A stretch of DNA of 32,000 nt from Candidatus Saccharimonadota bacterium (GCF_000709555.1 NZ_CP006873.1:90001-122000); one strand, 5' to 3'. Positions 8,879-18,482 are shown, counted from the stretch's first letter. Numbers and translations are program-made. The notes: a model not told the origin generated them from the sequence alone.

Positions 8879-9688
8879 TTCCTCTATATCAACTAATGGA
8901 GATGCCTGAAAATAAAGTCTTATCCAAAGGGCTCATAGAACGAATAGGTATAGAAGGAGGACATCTTCATCATAAATACTTTAAAAATGGTTCTTGGCTA
9001 GAATTAAAGAAAAATTTTAAAATAGACGATCACATTTCAGGTTTTGAACAAATAAATATTTTACTCTCTGATAGCCAAATAGGAGTTATTAAAATTCCTG
9101 ATGAGATCTTCGCTATTGGTCATAGAGTGGTACATGGTGGTAATGACCAAAACTATAGAAATTTCTAAAAAAGTAATTCGTTCTGTTTTTCCTCCCTTAC
9201 CGCCAATCTTCTGGGTTTCCCTCGAAAGAGTTTGCCTAAAAAATCCACGGGCAAAAATTATTACTCTTCATTTAGGAAATGGAGCGGTTATTAAGGAAGG
9301 CATTTCTACAGAAACCAGTATGGGTACCAATAGTGGACTTATTATGGGTACTCGTAGTGGAGATTTAGATACAACAATAATTTTTTACCTTTTAAGTAAG
9401 TCGTATAGCCCTGAATATCTATCCGATATATTGAATAAAAAAAGTGGAATGTTAGCCCTATCTGTAAACAGCGATCTGCGAGATAAAAAGGAGGATCCTA
9501 AAGCTAAATTAGCAGGAGAAAATGAGGCCTTTGTCCGAAGTATTATTTGTGATGAAATGGATTTTTTAGGTCTCATCCTAGATGAAAAGAAAAATACTAT
9601 TAAAGCCTCTGGTATTAGAGAAATACAATCCAATAAAAGTAGGGTGACCGAAGAAGAAATTGGTTTTCTTCTTTATAATATGTGGTAA
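8859..9688 (+). pseudogene. ackA: Acetate kinase pseudogene
   Basis: ATG 8859 gives MKILIINSSISTNGDA* (cf. MKILVINSGSSSIKYQL). ORF 8896-9168 carries ...GLIERIGIEGG...AIGHRVVHGG. ORF 9101-9688 carries KIITLHLGNGA, SMGT..GLIMGTRSGDLD and LNKKSGMLALS..SDLRD. The AFHQT...RRYGFHGTSH block is deleted and the C-terminus is truncated. About 0.83 kb remains of about 1.2 kb. Confidence 0.85.
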
Positions 9689-9689
9689 C

Positions 9690-12600
9690 ATGTATTTGAT
9701 TTTTGATACTGAAACCAATGGTTTACCGGAAAATTATGATACCGAGAAGTCGCCGCGTATGGTTCAACTCGCTTGGCAATTGTATGATGAGACCTTTGAA
9801 AGGATTGAGGTAAAAAACTTTATTGTCAAATCTGAAGGATTTGATATTCCTTTTAATTCGGTTAAAATTCATGGTATTACTGCTGAAAGATCTCTAAGAG
9901 AAGGATATCCTTTACAGGATGTTCTTATTTGTTTTAAAAAAGCTCTGGAGAAAAGTCAATTTCTAATTGGTCATAATATTGCTTTTGATATCAACGTTGT
10001 CAGTTGCGAATTCTTTAGAAAGAATTATCCGAATTTGTTTTTGCAAAAAACTGTTTTAGATACTAAAGATGAATCTATAAATTATTGTGCTTTTAAGGGA
10101 AGAGGAAGAGGTAAAAAATTTAAATGGCCCACTCTGACTGAACTATATTATAAACTTTTTGGTACCAATTTTCCGCAAGCGCATAATGCTGCAGCTGATG
10201 TTGAGGCTACAGTGCATTGCTTTGTTGAATTATTACGTTTAGGTGTCATCTCAGTTGATAAATTAGGGATCGATCAATTTAGAGTAAAAAAATTCATACA
10301 AAAAGTTAAATCTCTGAAGATAAGTCCTATCGGTCAAAACGTCTGTACAGAATTCCGTCAACGGAAAGTTCATCCTGTAGAAAAACCTGCACAGATAAAT
10401 AATTTGCGAGCCAAATTTGCGCAGATCCACAATCATACGACTTTTTCGATTTTATCAGCTACTACAGACGTATCATCTCTGGTCAAACGTGCATTTCAAT
10501 GGGGAATGCCTGCGGTAGGAATTACTGATTACGGTAATCTTATGGGATCTTTTTCCTTTTTGAAAGAAATAGAGAAAGCCAATGCTCAAATTGATCAAAA
10601 ATCGAAGACCCTTAAGGGAATTATAGGTTGTGAAATTTTTATGTCAGAAAATGATATTAAAAAAAAAATTACTAAAGATCATCCTGATATACGTTACAAA
10701 CAAGTTTTTTTAGCAAAGAATAAAAATGGTTATCAGAACCTATCTAAACTTTGTTCTGAAGGTTACATAAATGGACAATATGCACCCCGAGTAGGTAAAG
10801 AACTGATTCTGCAATATAAGGAAGGTCTAATAACTTTTACAGGATATCTTGATTCTGAAATTCCATCCACAATCCTTAATCAGGGAGAAATCCAGGGAGA
10901 AGAAATTTTTAAATGGTGGCATAACACTTTTAAAGATGATTTTTATGTAGAACTTTTCCGTCACGGATTAGAGGAAGAAGATTATGTTAACGAAGTATTA
11001 CTTAGATTTTCAGAAAAATATAATGTAAAATATATACCCCAAAATAATAGCTTTTATTTAGATAGGGAAGATGCTAATGCTCATGATATTCTGCTTTGTG
11101 TCCGAGATAGAGAAAAAAAGTCTACCCCAATAGGCTCAGGGAGAGGATATCGTTTTGGATTTAGGAACCAGGAGTTCTATTTTAAAAGTGCTTCTCAGAT
11201 GATTGAGAATTTTTCAGATTTCCCTAAATCCTTTGATTATTTAGAGGAGTTAATAAATAAAATCAGTCATTATTCTCTAGAAAGAGAAGTTATATTACCT
11301 CATTTTGAAATTACTAAAGTTGCATATGAGGGGCAACGTGGAGAAAATGCCTATCTGAGTTATTTAGCTTATCAAGGGGCAGAAAAACGTTATGGAAAAC
11401 TCAGTAAAAGATTGCGAGAACGCTTGGAATTTGAATTGAATACCATAGAGAGAACAAGATACCCTGGTTATTTTCTTATTGTTCAAGATATTGTGGCACA
11501 GGCTAAAAAAATGGGAATATCTGTTGGTCCAGGGAGAGGATCGGGAGCTGGGTCTTTGGTAGCTTACTGTATAGGTCTTACACAGATAGATCCTATCCGA
11601 TACAATCTCCTTTTTGAGCGTTTTTTAAATCCTGATAGAATATCTATGCCAGATATAGATATAGATTTTGATGACCGTGGTCGTGACAGAATAATAGCAT
11701 GGATAGTAAAAAAATATGGGCGAAAACAAGTTGCTAAAATTATTACCTATAGTAGGATGGGAGCTAAATCTGCTATACGAGATTCCGCCCGTGTTCTTGA
11801 TCTTCCATTAGCAGAGGCAGATCGTTTAGCTAAAATGATGCCTAATCTTTCGTTGAAAGAACTTTTTTCGTCCACACAGATCCAAGAAAAAATTCATGTA
11901 TTTGACCTCGAAAACGCATTAAAAATTAAACAAATTTCCCAAGAACAGAATCTTGAAGGAAAAGTTTTACGACAAGCAAGTGTTATTGAAGGATCTCTGA
12001 GAAATATCGGAGTCCATGCTTGCGGAATTATCATCACCCCATCCGACATTACTAATTATATCCCAGTAGCTATTTCCAAGGATTCAGATTTGCTTATTAC
12101 ACAATTTGATAATAATTGGGTCGAAAATGCTGGACTCCTAAAAATAGATATTTTAGGTCTCAAAACACTAACTATTATTAAAGATAGCATCAAATTAATC
12201 GAAACCCGTCATGGATTAATCCTCAATCCTAATCAATTCCCTTTAGATGATCCCAAAACTTCTAAACTTTTCCAACGAGGAGATACCGTAGCAGTATTCC
12301 AGTACGAGTCATATGGGATGAAAAGTTATATACGTAAACTCAACCCTGACAATTTCGATGACCTCATTGCAATTAATGCACTTTATCGACCAGGTCCATT
12401 ACAATATATACCAAATTTTATTGCCCGGAAACATGGGAAGGAATCTATAACATATAGTTTCCCTGAAATGGAAGAATTCCTTAGCAGTACTTATGGGATT
12501 ACTATTTATCAAGAACAAGTAATGTTGTTGGCTCAAAAGCTTGCAGGATTTGGTAAGGGAGAGGCTGATGTCTTACGTAAGGCTATGGGAAAAAAGCAAA

Positions 12601-13943
12601 AACCCGTACTTGATCAAATGAAAAGTAAGTTTATAGAAGGAGCTGTCCAGAAAGGATATACAAAAAAAATCTTAGAAAAAATTTGGACTGATTGGGAATC
12701 CTTTGCTTCCTATGCTTTTAATAAATCACATTCTACTTGTTATGCGAATCTTGCTTTTCAAACCGCTTATCTAAAAGCTCATTACCCGTCTGAATATATG
12801 GCAGCAGTATTGAGTAATAATATGCACAACCTCAAGGAAATTATTTTCCTGATGGAAGAATGTCGTCGTCTAGGAGTATTAGTACTTTGTCCCGATATTA
12901 ATGAAAGCTATTATACTTTTTCGGTCAATGAAAAAGGAGCTATACGTTTTGGCATGGGAGCTATAAAAGGTATAAGGGAAGCTTCGATAGAAGCTATTCT
13001 ACAGGAACGTGAAAAAAAAGGGATTTATCGTTCCATTTTTGATTTAGTAAAGAGAGTTGATTTCCGGATAGTGAATAAAAAGACTTTAGAGTCTTTAGTA
13101 CTTTCAGGAGCTTTTGATAGCTTTAGCAATGTTCATCGTGCACAATATTTTGACAAAAAAAAAAATTGTTTCACTGCTCTTGAAAAAATTATCCGTTTTG
13201 GAGAAAAATATCAGAATAGCAAACAAAAAAACCAGTGTTCTCTTTTTCAAGAGGAACCCGTATTACCATATTGTACTCCCTGGCCAAATCTTATTAAACT
13301 CCTGAAGGAAAAAGAAGTCATTGGGATCTACATTAGTTCTCATCCATTATATGATTATCGTCAGGAAATTCTAGCTATAGAAGGTATTCCTCTTCAAGAA
13401 TTCAATAGAAATGAATATAAATGGAGAGGTAAAGAAGTAAATCTCTATGGAATCATTCTTCGGTTCGAAAAAAAAATATCTGTAAAAAACAATAGTCGAT
13501 ATGGAGTATTTACTCTAGAAGATTATCAAGGAACGCGGGAGTTCAGAATATTTGGCGCATATTATACAAAGTATGCTTATTTACTTGTGCCAAATACTTT
13601 GATCCATCTTAAGATAATACTTAGTAACTTTAAAATACTTAGTAACTTTCAAAAGTTCCGTGTCAGCTTCTTGAACATTCAACTGCTTGACAATGTATTG
13701 AATTCGACAGATAAAGATCTTTATTTGAAGATCGATTTAGAAAGGTTAGATAATGAAATGATTAATAATATTGAACAGACGATTTCAAAGTATAAGGGTT
13801 CTAGAAAATTAAAGGTCATCCTGTTATATCATCAAGGTAAAAGATATATGGGTATGTTATCTAGGAGTTATGGAGTTAGTATAGAACGTGGATTAGTATC
13901 AGATTTAGAACAAATTCCCAACATTTCCTTAAATCTTTCTTAA
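9690..13943 (+). CDS. dnaE: DNA polymerase III alpha subunit with fused N-terminal DnaQ-like DEDDh 3'-5' exonuclease domain
   Basis: The likely start is ATG 9690 (MYLIFDTETNGLP); the track start 9660 lies inside the ackA fossil. The Exo motifs are DTETNG, GHNIAFDINVV and HNAAADVEAT. These are followed by the PHP motif (IHNHTTFSILSATTD), the polymerase core (GPGRGSGAGSLVAYC, PDIDIDF, GVHACGIIIT, ALYRPGP) and a C-terminal OB region. Confidence 0.95.
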   Translation: MYLIFDTETNGLPENYDTEKSPRMVQLAWQLYDETFERIEVKNFIVKSEGFDIPFNSVKIHGITAERSLREGYPLQDVLICFKKALEKSQFLIGHNIAFDINVVSCEFFRKNYPNLFLQKTVLDTKDESINYCAFKGRGRGKKFKWPTLTELYYKLFGTNFPQAHNAAADVEATVHCFVELLRLGVISVDKLGIDQFRVKKFIQKVKSLKISPIGQNVCTEFRQRKVHPVEKPAQINNLRAKFAQIHNHTTFSILSATTDVSSLVKRAFQWGMPAVGITDYGNLMGSFSFLKEIEKANAQIDQKSKTLKGIIGCEIFMSENDIKKKITKDHPDIRYKQVFLAKNKNGYQNLSKLCSEGYINGQYAPRVGKELILQYKEGLITFTGYLDSEIPSTILNQGEIQGEEIFKWWHNTFKDDFYVELFRHGLEEEDYVNEVLLRFSEKYNVKYIPQNNSFYLDREDANAHDILLCVRDREKKSTPIGSGRGYRFGFRNQEFYFKSASQMIENFSDFPKSFDYLEELINKISHYSLEREVILPHFEITKVAYEGQRGENAYLSYLAYQGAEKRYGKLSKRLRERLEFELNTIERTRYPGYFLIVQDIVAQAKKMGISVGPGRGSGAGSLVAYCIGLTQIDPIRYNLLFERFLNPDRISMPDIDIDFDDRGRDRIIAWIVKKYGRKQVAKIITYSRMGAKSAIRDSARVLDLPLAEADRLAKMMPNLSLKELFSSTQIQEKIHVFDLENALKIKQISQEQNLEGKVLRQASVIEGSLRNIGVHACGIIITPSDITNYIPVAISKDSDLLITQFDNNWVENAGLLKIDILGLKTLTIIKDSIKLIETRHGLILNPNQFPLDDPKTSKLFQRGDTVAVFQYESYGMKSYIRKLNPDNFDDLIAINALYRPGPLQYIPNFIARKHGKESITYSFPEMEEFLSSTYGITIYQEQVMLLAQKLAGFGKGEADVLRKAMGKKQKPVLDQMKSKFIEGAVQKGYTKKILEKIWTDWESFASYAFNKSHSTCYANLAFQTAYLKAHYPSEYMAAVLSNNMHNLKEIIFLMEECRRLGVLVLCPDINESYYTFSVNEKGAIRFGMGAIKGIREASIEAILQEREKKGIYRSIFDLVKRVDFRIVNKKTLESLVLSGAFDSFSNVHRAQYFDKKKNCFTALEKIIRFGEKYQNSKQKNQCSLFQEEPVLPYCTPWPNLIKLLKEKEVIGIYISSHPLYDYRQEILAIEGIPLQEFNRNEYKWRGKEVNLYGIILRFEKKISVKNNSRYGVFTLEDYQGTREFRIFGAYYTKYAYLLVPNTLIHLKIILSNFKILSNFQKFRVSFLNIQLLDNVLNSTDKDLYLKIDLERLDNEMINNIEQTISKYKGSRKLKVILLYHQGKRYMGMLSRSYGVSIERGLVSDLEQIPNISLNLS
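13617..13652 (+). repeat. In-frame 18-bp tandem duplication inside the dnaE C-terminal region
   Basis: atacttagtaactttaaa (13617-13634) is immediately followed by atacttagtaactttcaa (13635-13652), with 17/18 identity. It encodes ILSNFK|ILSNFQ. Confidence 0.9.
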
Positions 13944-13958
13944 GAAGATCCTCTCTCG

Positions 13959-15734
13959 ATGAAAATAAAAGTCAGAACTACTAATGCTGATGACACGAAA
14001 TATGTTGTAGTTATTTGTCAACAAATCGAGGAATCTGCCAAGATACGTAGAACCGGCATTGCTAAAAGGGATCCAGAATATGTAAAAAAAAAAATTACTG
14101 AAGGTCATGCTGTAATAGCTTTTTGTGACGGAATACTTGCTGGATTTAGTTATATAGAAACTTTTCAGGACAGACAATTCGTTGCTAATTCTGGTCTTAT
14201 TGTATTTCCAGAATTTCGGAATAAAGGAGTGGCCAAGCTAATTAAATCAGAAATCTTTCAACTATCTAGAAACAAATTTACGAAGTCAAAGATATTCAGT
14301 ATTACGACTAACATTTCAGTGTTAAAAATGAATATGGACTTGGGTTTCAAACCTGTACCTATAACAGTACTTCCCAAATCGGAAGACTTTTGGAAAGGAT
14401 GTAGAAGTTGTACAAACTATGATATTCTCACTAGACATAACCGAAAAATGTGTTTATGTAGCGGGATTTTATATGATCCTAGTGAAAAAAAATCTAATAA
14501 AAAATTACTTTTTGGGTATAAAAAATTATTTTTTGGTGATAAAAAATTACTTTTTGGGGATAAAATTTTACTTGCTTACAGTGGTGGTCTAGATACCTCT
14601 TATTGTTTAAAATTCCTAACCCAACAGGGTTTTCATGTGTATACAGCTATCGTAAATACTGGAGGTAGTAGTGAAAAAGAATTAATTGATATCGAAAAAA
14701 AGGCTTATGCTATAGGAGCCAAATTTCATCGAAATATAGAAGCAAAAGATGATTTTTATCAGCATTGTATAAAATATCTGATATTCGGAAATATTCTACG
14801 TAATCATACTTATCCCTTATCAGTAAGTGCCGAAAGAATTTTTCAAGCTATTAAAATAGCAGAATATGCTAATGAAATCAATGCTAAAGCCATAGCTCAC
14901 GGTAGTACCGGTGCTGGTAATGACCAGATCCGTTTTGATTTAGCCTTTCAAATATTGTGTCCTAATAAAATTATTATAAGCCCAATCCGGGATCTGAAAC
15001 TTTCACGAAAGGAGGAAATGGATTATTTACGTGAGCATGGAGTGGACATATTATGGGAAAAAGCGCAATATTCCCTGAATAAGGGTCTTTGGGGAACTAG
15101 TGTTGGAGGTAAAGAAACGCTGACTTCGAACCAAAATTTCCCAGAAGGAACCTATCCCAACTCTTTACAAGAGTTTAAGCCTCAAAAAATCCAACTAACT
15201 TTCTCAAAAGGGGAATTGATCGCTATCAATGGAGAAGTTACCGATCCAGTGGAAAATATAGTTCGTTTAGAGAGGATTGCTTCTCGTTTTGCTATAGGTC
15301 GTGATATTCATGTAGGTGATACACTTATTGGAATTAAAGGACGTGTAGGATTCGAAGCATCTTCAGCTCTGATAATTCTCAAGGCTCATCACCTTCTTGA
15401 AAAACATGTTCTTAGTAAATGGCAGATTTATTGGAAAGAACAATTGGGGAATTGGTATGGGATGCTTTTGCACGAAGCGCAATACTTCGATCCGGTTATG
15501 CGTGATATTGAAGCTTTTTTTATGAATTCTCAAGAAAGAGTTAGCGGAATTGTAAGCGTACAGTTGCATCCTTATCGTTTTGAACTTATAGGCATTGAGT
15601 CACCTTTTGATCTTATGCAGACTCAAAAAACAAAATATGGGGAAGAAAATGAGTCCTGTAGTTCTGAAGAAGCTAAAGGATTTATTAAAATATTTGGAAC
15701 CCCGATGAAAATTTATCACAGTATTAATCCCTAA
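13959..15734 (+). CDS. argG: Single ORF fusing a GNAT-family acyltransferase domain (arginine-cluster ArgA-like) to argininosuccinate synthase
   Basis: 591-aa ORF. Residues 1 to about 180 form a GNAT fold (GLIVFPEFRNKGVAKLI) with a Cys-rich tail (GCRSCTNY...KMCLCSG). From LLAYSGGLDTS onward it is canonical ArgG (AHGSTGAGNDQIRF, ...GRVGFEAS). No stop and no ATG/GTG/TTG lie between the two domains. Confidence 0.85.
   Translation: MKIKVRTTNADDTKYVVVICQQIEESAKIRRTGIAKRDPEYVKKKITEGHAVIAFCDGILAGFSYIETFQDRQFVANSGLIVFPEFRNKGVAKLIKSEIFQLSRNKFTKSKIFSITTNISVLKMNMDLGFKPVPITVLPKSEDFWKGCRSCTNYDILTRHNRKMCLCSGILYDPSEKKSNKKLLFGYKKLFFGDKKLLFGDKILLAYSGGLDTSYCLKFLTQQGFHVYTAIVNTGGSSEKELIDIEKKAYAIGAKFHRNIEAKDDFYQHCIKYLIFGNILRNHTYPLSVSAERIFQAIKIAEYANEINAKAIAHGSTGAGNDQIRFDLAFQILCPNKIIISPIRDLKLSRKEEMDYLREHGVDILWEKAQYSLNKGLWGTSVGGKETLTSNQNFPEGTYPNSLQEFKPQKIQLTFSKGELIAINGEVTDPVENIVRLERIASRFAIGRDIHVGDTLIGIKGRVGFEASSALIILKAHHLLEKHVLSKWQIYWKEQLGNWYGMLLHEAQYFDPVMRDIEAFFMNSQERVSGIVSVQLHPYRFELIGIESPFDLMQTQKTKYGEENESCSSEEAKGFIKIFGTPMKIYHSINP
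14499..14582 (+). repeat. 21-bp tandem repeat array (3 clear copies plus 1 degenerate copy) forming the GNAT-ArgG linker
   Basis: The copies are aaaaaattactttttgggtat (14499-14519), aaaaaattattttttggtgat (14520-14540) and aaaaaattactttttggggat (14541-14561). A fourth, aaaattttacttgcttacagt (14562-14582), is the start of the ArgG core. The translation is KKLLFGY|KKLFFGD|KKLLFGD|KILLAYS, in frame with ORF 13959. Confidence 0.9.
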
Positions 15735-16702
15735 TGATTCAAATAGGAATATTAGGGAGTTCAGGATATACCGCTGGGGAACTATTACGTCTTTTGTTAC
15801 ATCATCCTAAAGTACAGATAAAAAGTGTGGTAAGCAGTACTCAATCTGGGATTGAGGTTTCCAAAATTCATCAGGATTTACTAGGTGATACTGAATTATG
15901 CTTTACTGATCATTTGGAGGATGTCGAGGTAGTATTTTTATGTCTTGGTCATGGGCATTCTAGAAATGCTGTTAAAAAAATTTCAACAAATAGTTGCATT
16001 ATTGATTTAAGTCATGATTTTAGGCTTTCAAAAAATGCCCATTTTTCAGGCAGAAACTTTGTATATGGTTTACCAGAATTGCAACGTCAAGCCATTAAAA
16101 AAGCAAAAAACATTGCTAATCCAGGTTGTTTTGCTACAGCTATAGAACTTCCTTTGTTACCACTAGCTAAAGAAAGATGGCTTGATAACGATATTCATAT
16201 AAGTGCTATTACAGGTTCTAGCGGATCAGGACGTCTATTGAGAGAAAGTAATCATTTCAGTTGGAGAGTAAATAATGTTACTACTTATAAAGTGTTTACC
16301 CATCAGCATTTAAAAGAAATTAGAGAGGTATTGTTCCGATTGTGTCCTAGCTTTAATAAAAAACTCTTTTTTGTACCCTACAGAGGTAATTTTTCCCGGG
16401 GAATATTTGCTACGTTATACACATATTGCAAGGCTCCTCTTCAGGAAGTTGAGTTCCTTTATCAAGAATTTTATAAAAATCATCCTTTTACACATCTTTC
16501 TAAAGATCCATTATGTCTCAAACAAGTGGTGAATACCAATAAATGTTTATTGCACTTAATGAAAGAGAAAGAACAGTTGATTATCAGTAGTGTTATAGAT
16601 AATCTGGTTAAAGGAGCCGCAGGCCAAGCAGTTCAGAATATGAATCTGATGTCCAACTTGGAAGAAGTTATGGGTTTACAGATAAAATCTATCGCATTTT
16701 GA
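15734..16702 (+). CDS. argC: N-acetyl-gamma-glutamyl-phosphate reductase
   Basis: 322-aa ORF with IGILGSSGYTAGELLRLLLHHP and the active-site context NPGCFATA. Its start overlaps the argG stop by 1 nt (TAATG). Confidence 0.95.
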   Translation: MIQIGILGSSGYTAGELLRLLLHHPKVQIKSVVSSTQSGIEVSKIHQDLLGDTELCFTDHLEDVEVVFLCLGHGHSRNAVKKISTNSCIIDLSHDFRLSKNAHFSGRNFVYGLPELQRQAIKKAKNIANPGCFATAIELPLLPLAKERWLDNDIHISAITGSSGSGRLLRESNHFSWRVNNVTTYKVFTHQHLKEIREVLFRLCPSFNKKLFFVPYRGNFSRGIFATLYTYCKAPLQEVEFLYQEFYKNHPFTHLSKDPLCLKQVVNTNKCLLHLMKEKEQLIISSVIDNLVKGAAGQAVQNMNLMSNLEEVMGLQIKSIAF

Positions 16703-17381
16703 AAATTCATTTGATGTGTATTCTACAATTCCTACTAGAATTAGTAAAAGGTTCCTTTTCGATAAGGAAGGAAACAAATATCTAGATTTTTATGGAGGAA
16801 TCTCTATTGGACATCCGTGAAATCTTTAATCGATTCCCCAACGCAATTTAAAAATTGCATCTTTTCATAACAGAAAAAACAAGATAATTTCATTCAAAAA
16901 AGCTTTTCATGGTCTGACTATAGGAGCGTTATCCATTACAGATAATCCGAAAATAGTTACTTCTTTTAATGACAAATTTGATAGAATAATTCTGGATCAG
17001 GAAGGGAGTGTACTGAAGGTAATCAGAGAGTAGCTGGCATTATAGATCCTGGGGTAGATTTTTTTCGAGGAATATTGTCGTAAGTACAATGTTCCTCTTA
17101 TTCGAGATGAAATTCAAAGTGGTATGGATTTCCTTTAGGAGGTGTGCTCCTTATTTCAAAGCTTTTCATGGGTTTTAAAAGTTATTAAAAATGAATGTAT
17201 GATTGAAAATGTCCTCAAATAAAGAGGATTAGTGGCTTGATGTTGTTATTTTCCTGTCTACAACTTAAGAGAGAGAAAAAGTGGGTACAACCTAATATTT
17301 TACGTGTTTTGCCTCCTCTCAGTATATCTAATTCTCAGGCTATGTGTTTTGTACGAAAGTTGAAGAGTGCTTTAGCTTATC
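16699..17381 (+). pseudogene. argD: Acetyl/succinyl-ornithine aminotransferase pseudogene
   Basis: No ORF of 60 aa or more. Fragments in shifting frames are FDVYSTIPTRISKRFLFDKEGNKYLDFYGGISIGHP*, ..KKAFHGLTIGALSITDNPK...FNDKF, LIRDEIQSG (cf. LIxDEVQxG) and NILRVLPPLSISNSQAM..LKSAL (cf. LRxxPPLxI). About 0.68 kb remains of about 1.15 kb. The PLP-lysine region is not recognisable. Confidence 0.8.
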
Positions 17382-17396
17382 TTGAATATCTTGAAA

Positions 17397-18482
17397 ATGA
17401 ATGATCCTATCGCTCGTTTAATCCTTCAAAAGGATGATAAAGAATATATTGGACATCTTTTTGGAGCACCTGTTTCTTCTTCTGGAGAAGTTGTTTTTAA
17501 TACTTCCATGACAGGTTATACAGAAAGCCTTACTGATCCATCTTATAAAGGACAGTTATTGGTCTATACCTATCCTATTATTGGTAACTACGGAATCCCC
17601 AATATAGGTAAAAATATATCAGATTTTTCTGAATCAGAAAACATACATATTAACGGTTTAATCATTTCTGATTATTCACATCATCCTTACCATTGGAACA
17701 TGAGATATAGTCTTTCGTATTGGTTGAAAAAGAATGGGGTTCCTGGAATCTATGGAATAGATACTCGTGCATTGACCAAAAAAATTCGTGAAGAAGGGAC
17801 GATGTTAGGAAAAATTATCATCAATCATGATATCCCATTTTATGATCCTAATCAGGAAAATCTAGCATCTAAGGTGTGTATTAATGAAAAAACTATATAC
17901 GGACATGGAAAATACAAGGTGTTGCTGGTTGATTTAGGAGTAAAGAACAATATCTTGCGCTGTTTGCTTAACCGAAATTGCCAGATAATACGTGTGCCAT
18001 GGTCTTCTGATTTTTCCAAAGAAGACGACTATGATGGTATTTTGCTTTCTAATGGACCAGGTAATCCTAAGACTTATCATAAGGTTATAAAACACGTGGA
18101 GTATGCCCTTAAAGATAATCGTCCTATCTTTGGAATTTGTCTTGGAAATCAATTAATTGGTCTCGCTGCAGGAGTGAATACCTTTAAACTAAAATATGGG
18201 CATCGCGGCTATAACCAACCAGTTTTGCTCGAAGGGACCTCTAAGGCATACATAACTTCACAAAATCATGGATACGTCCTTGACGTACAAATTTTGCCTC
18301 CAAACTGGAAAATTTTATTTCAAAATATCAACGACGGATCTTGTGAGGGATTAATACATGAAAATAAACCTTTCTTTTCAGTTCAATTTCATCCAGAAGC
18401 CTCTGGTGGACCTATAGATACCGAATTTTTATTTGATTGGTTTATAGAATGCATGCATTCATCCAATAAATTATATAGATGA
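17397..18482 (+). CDS. carA: Carbamoyl-phosphate synthase small (glutamine amidotransferase) subunit
   Basis: The likely start is ATG 17397 ([14 protein letters not shown]); the track start is TTG 17382. Motifs are [23 protein letters not shown] (catalytic Cys) and FHPEASGGP. There is an ATGA overlap with carB. Confidence 0.95.
   Translation: MNDPIARLILQKDDKEYIGHLFGAPVSSSGEVVFNTSMTGYTESLTDPSYKGQLLVYTYPIIGNYGIPNIGKNISDFSESENIHINGLIISDYSHHPYHWNMRYSLSYWLKKNGVPGIYGIDTRALTKKIREEGTMLGKIIINHDIPFYDPNQENLASKVCINEKTIYGHGKYKVLLVDLGVKNNILRCLLNRNCQIIRVPWSSDFSKEDDYDGILLSNGPGNPKTYHKVIKHVEYALKDNRPIFGICLGNQLIGLAAGVNTFKLKYGHRGYNQPVLLEGTSKAYITSQNHGYVLDVQILPPNWKILFQNINDGSCEGLIHENKPFFSVQFHPEASGGPIDTEFLFDWFIECMHSSNKLYR

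Noticed and set aside
14499-14582. The 21-bp direct repeats as a possible CRISPR-like or regulatory array.
   Set aside because: The units are directly abutting with no spacers. They are in frame inside a long ORF and only three or four copies long. This is a coding tandem duplication and not a CRISPR array.
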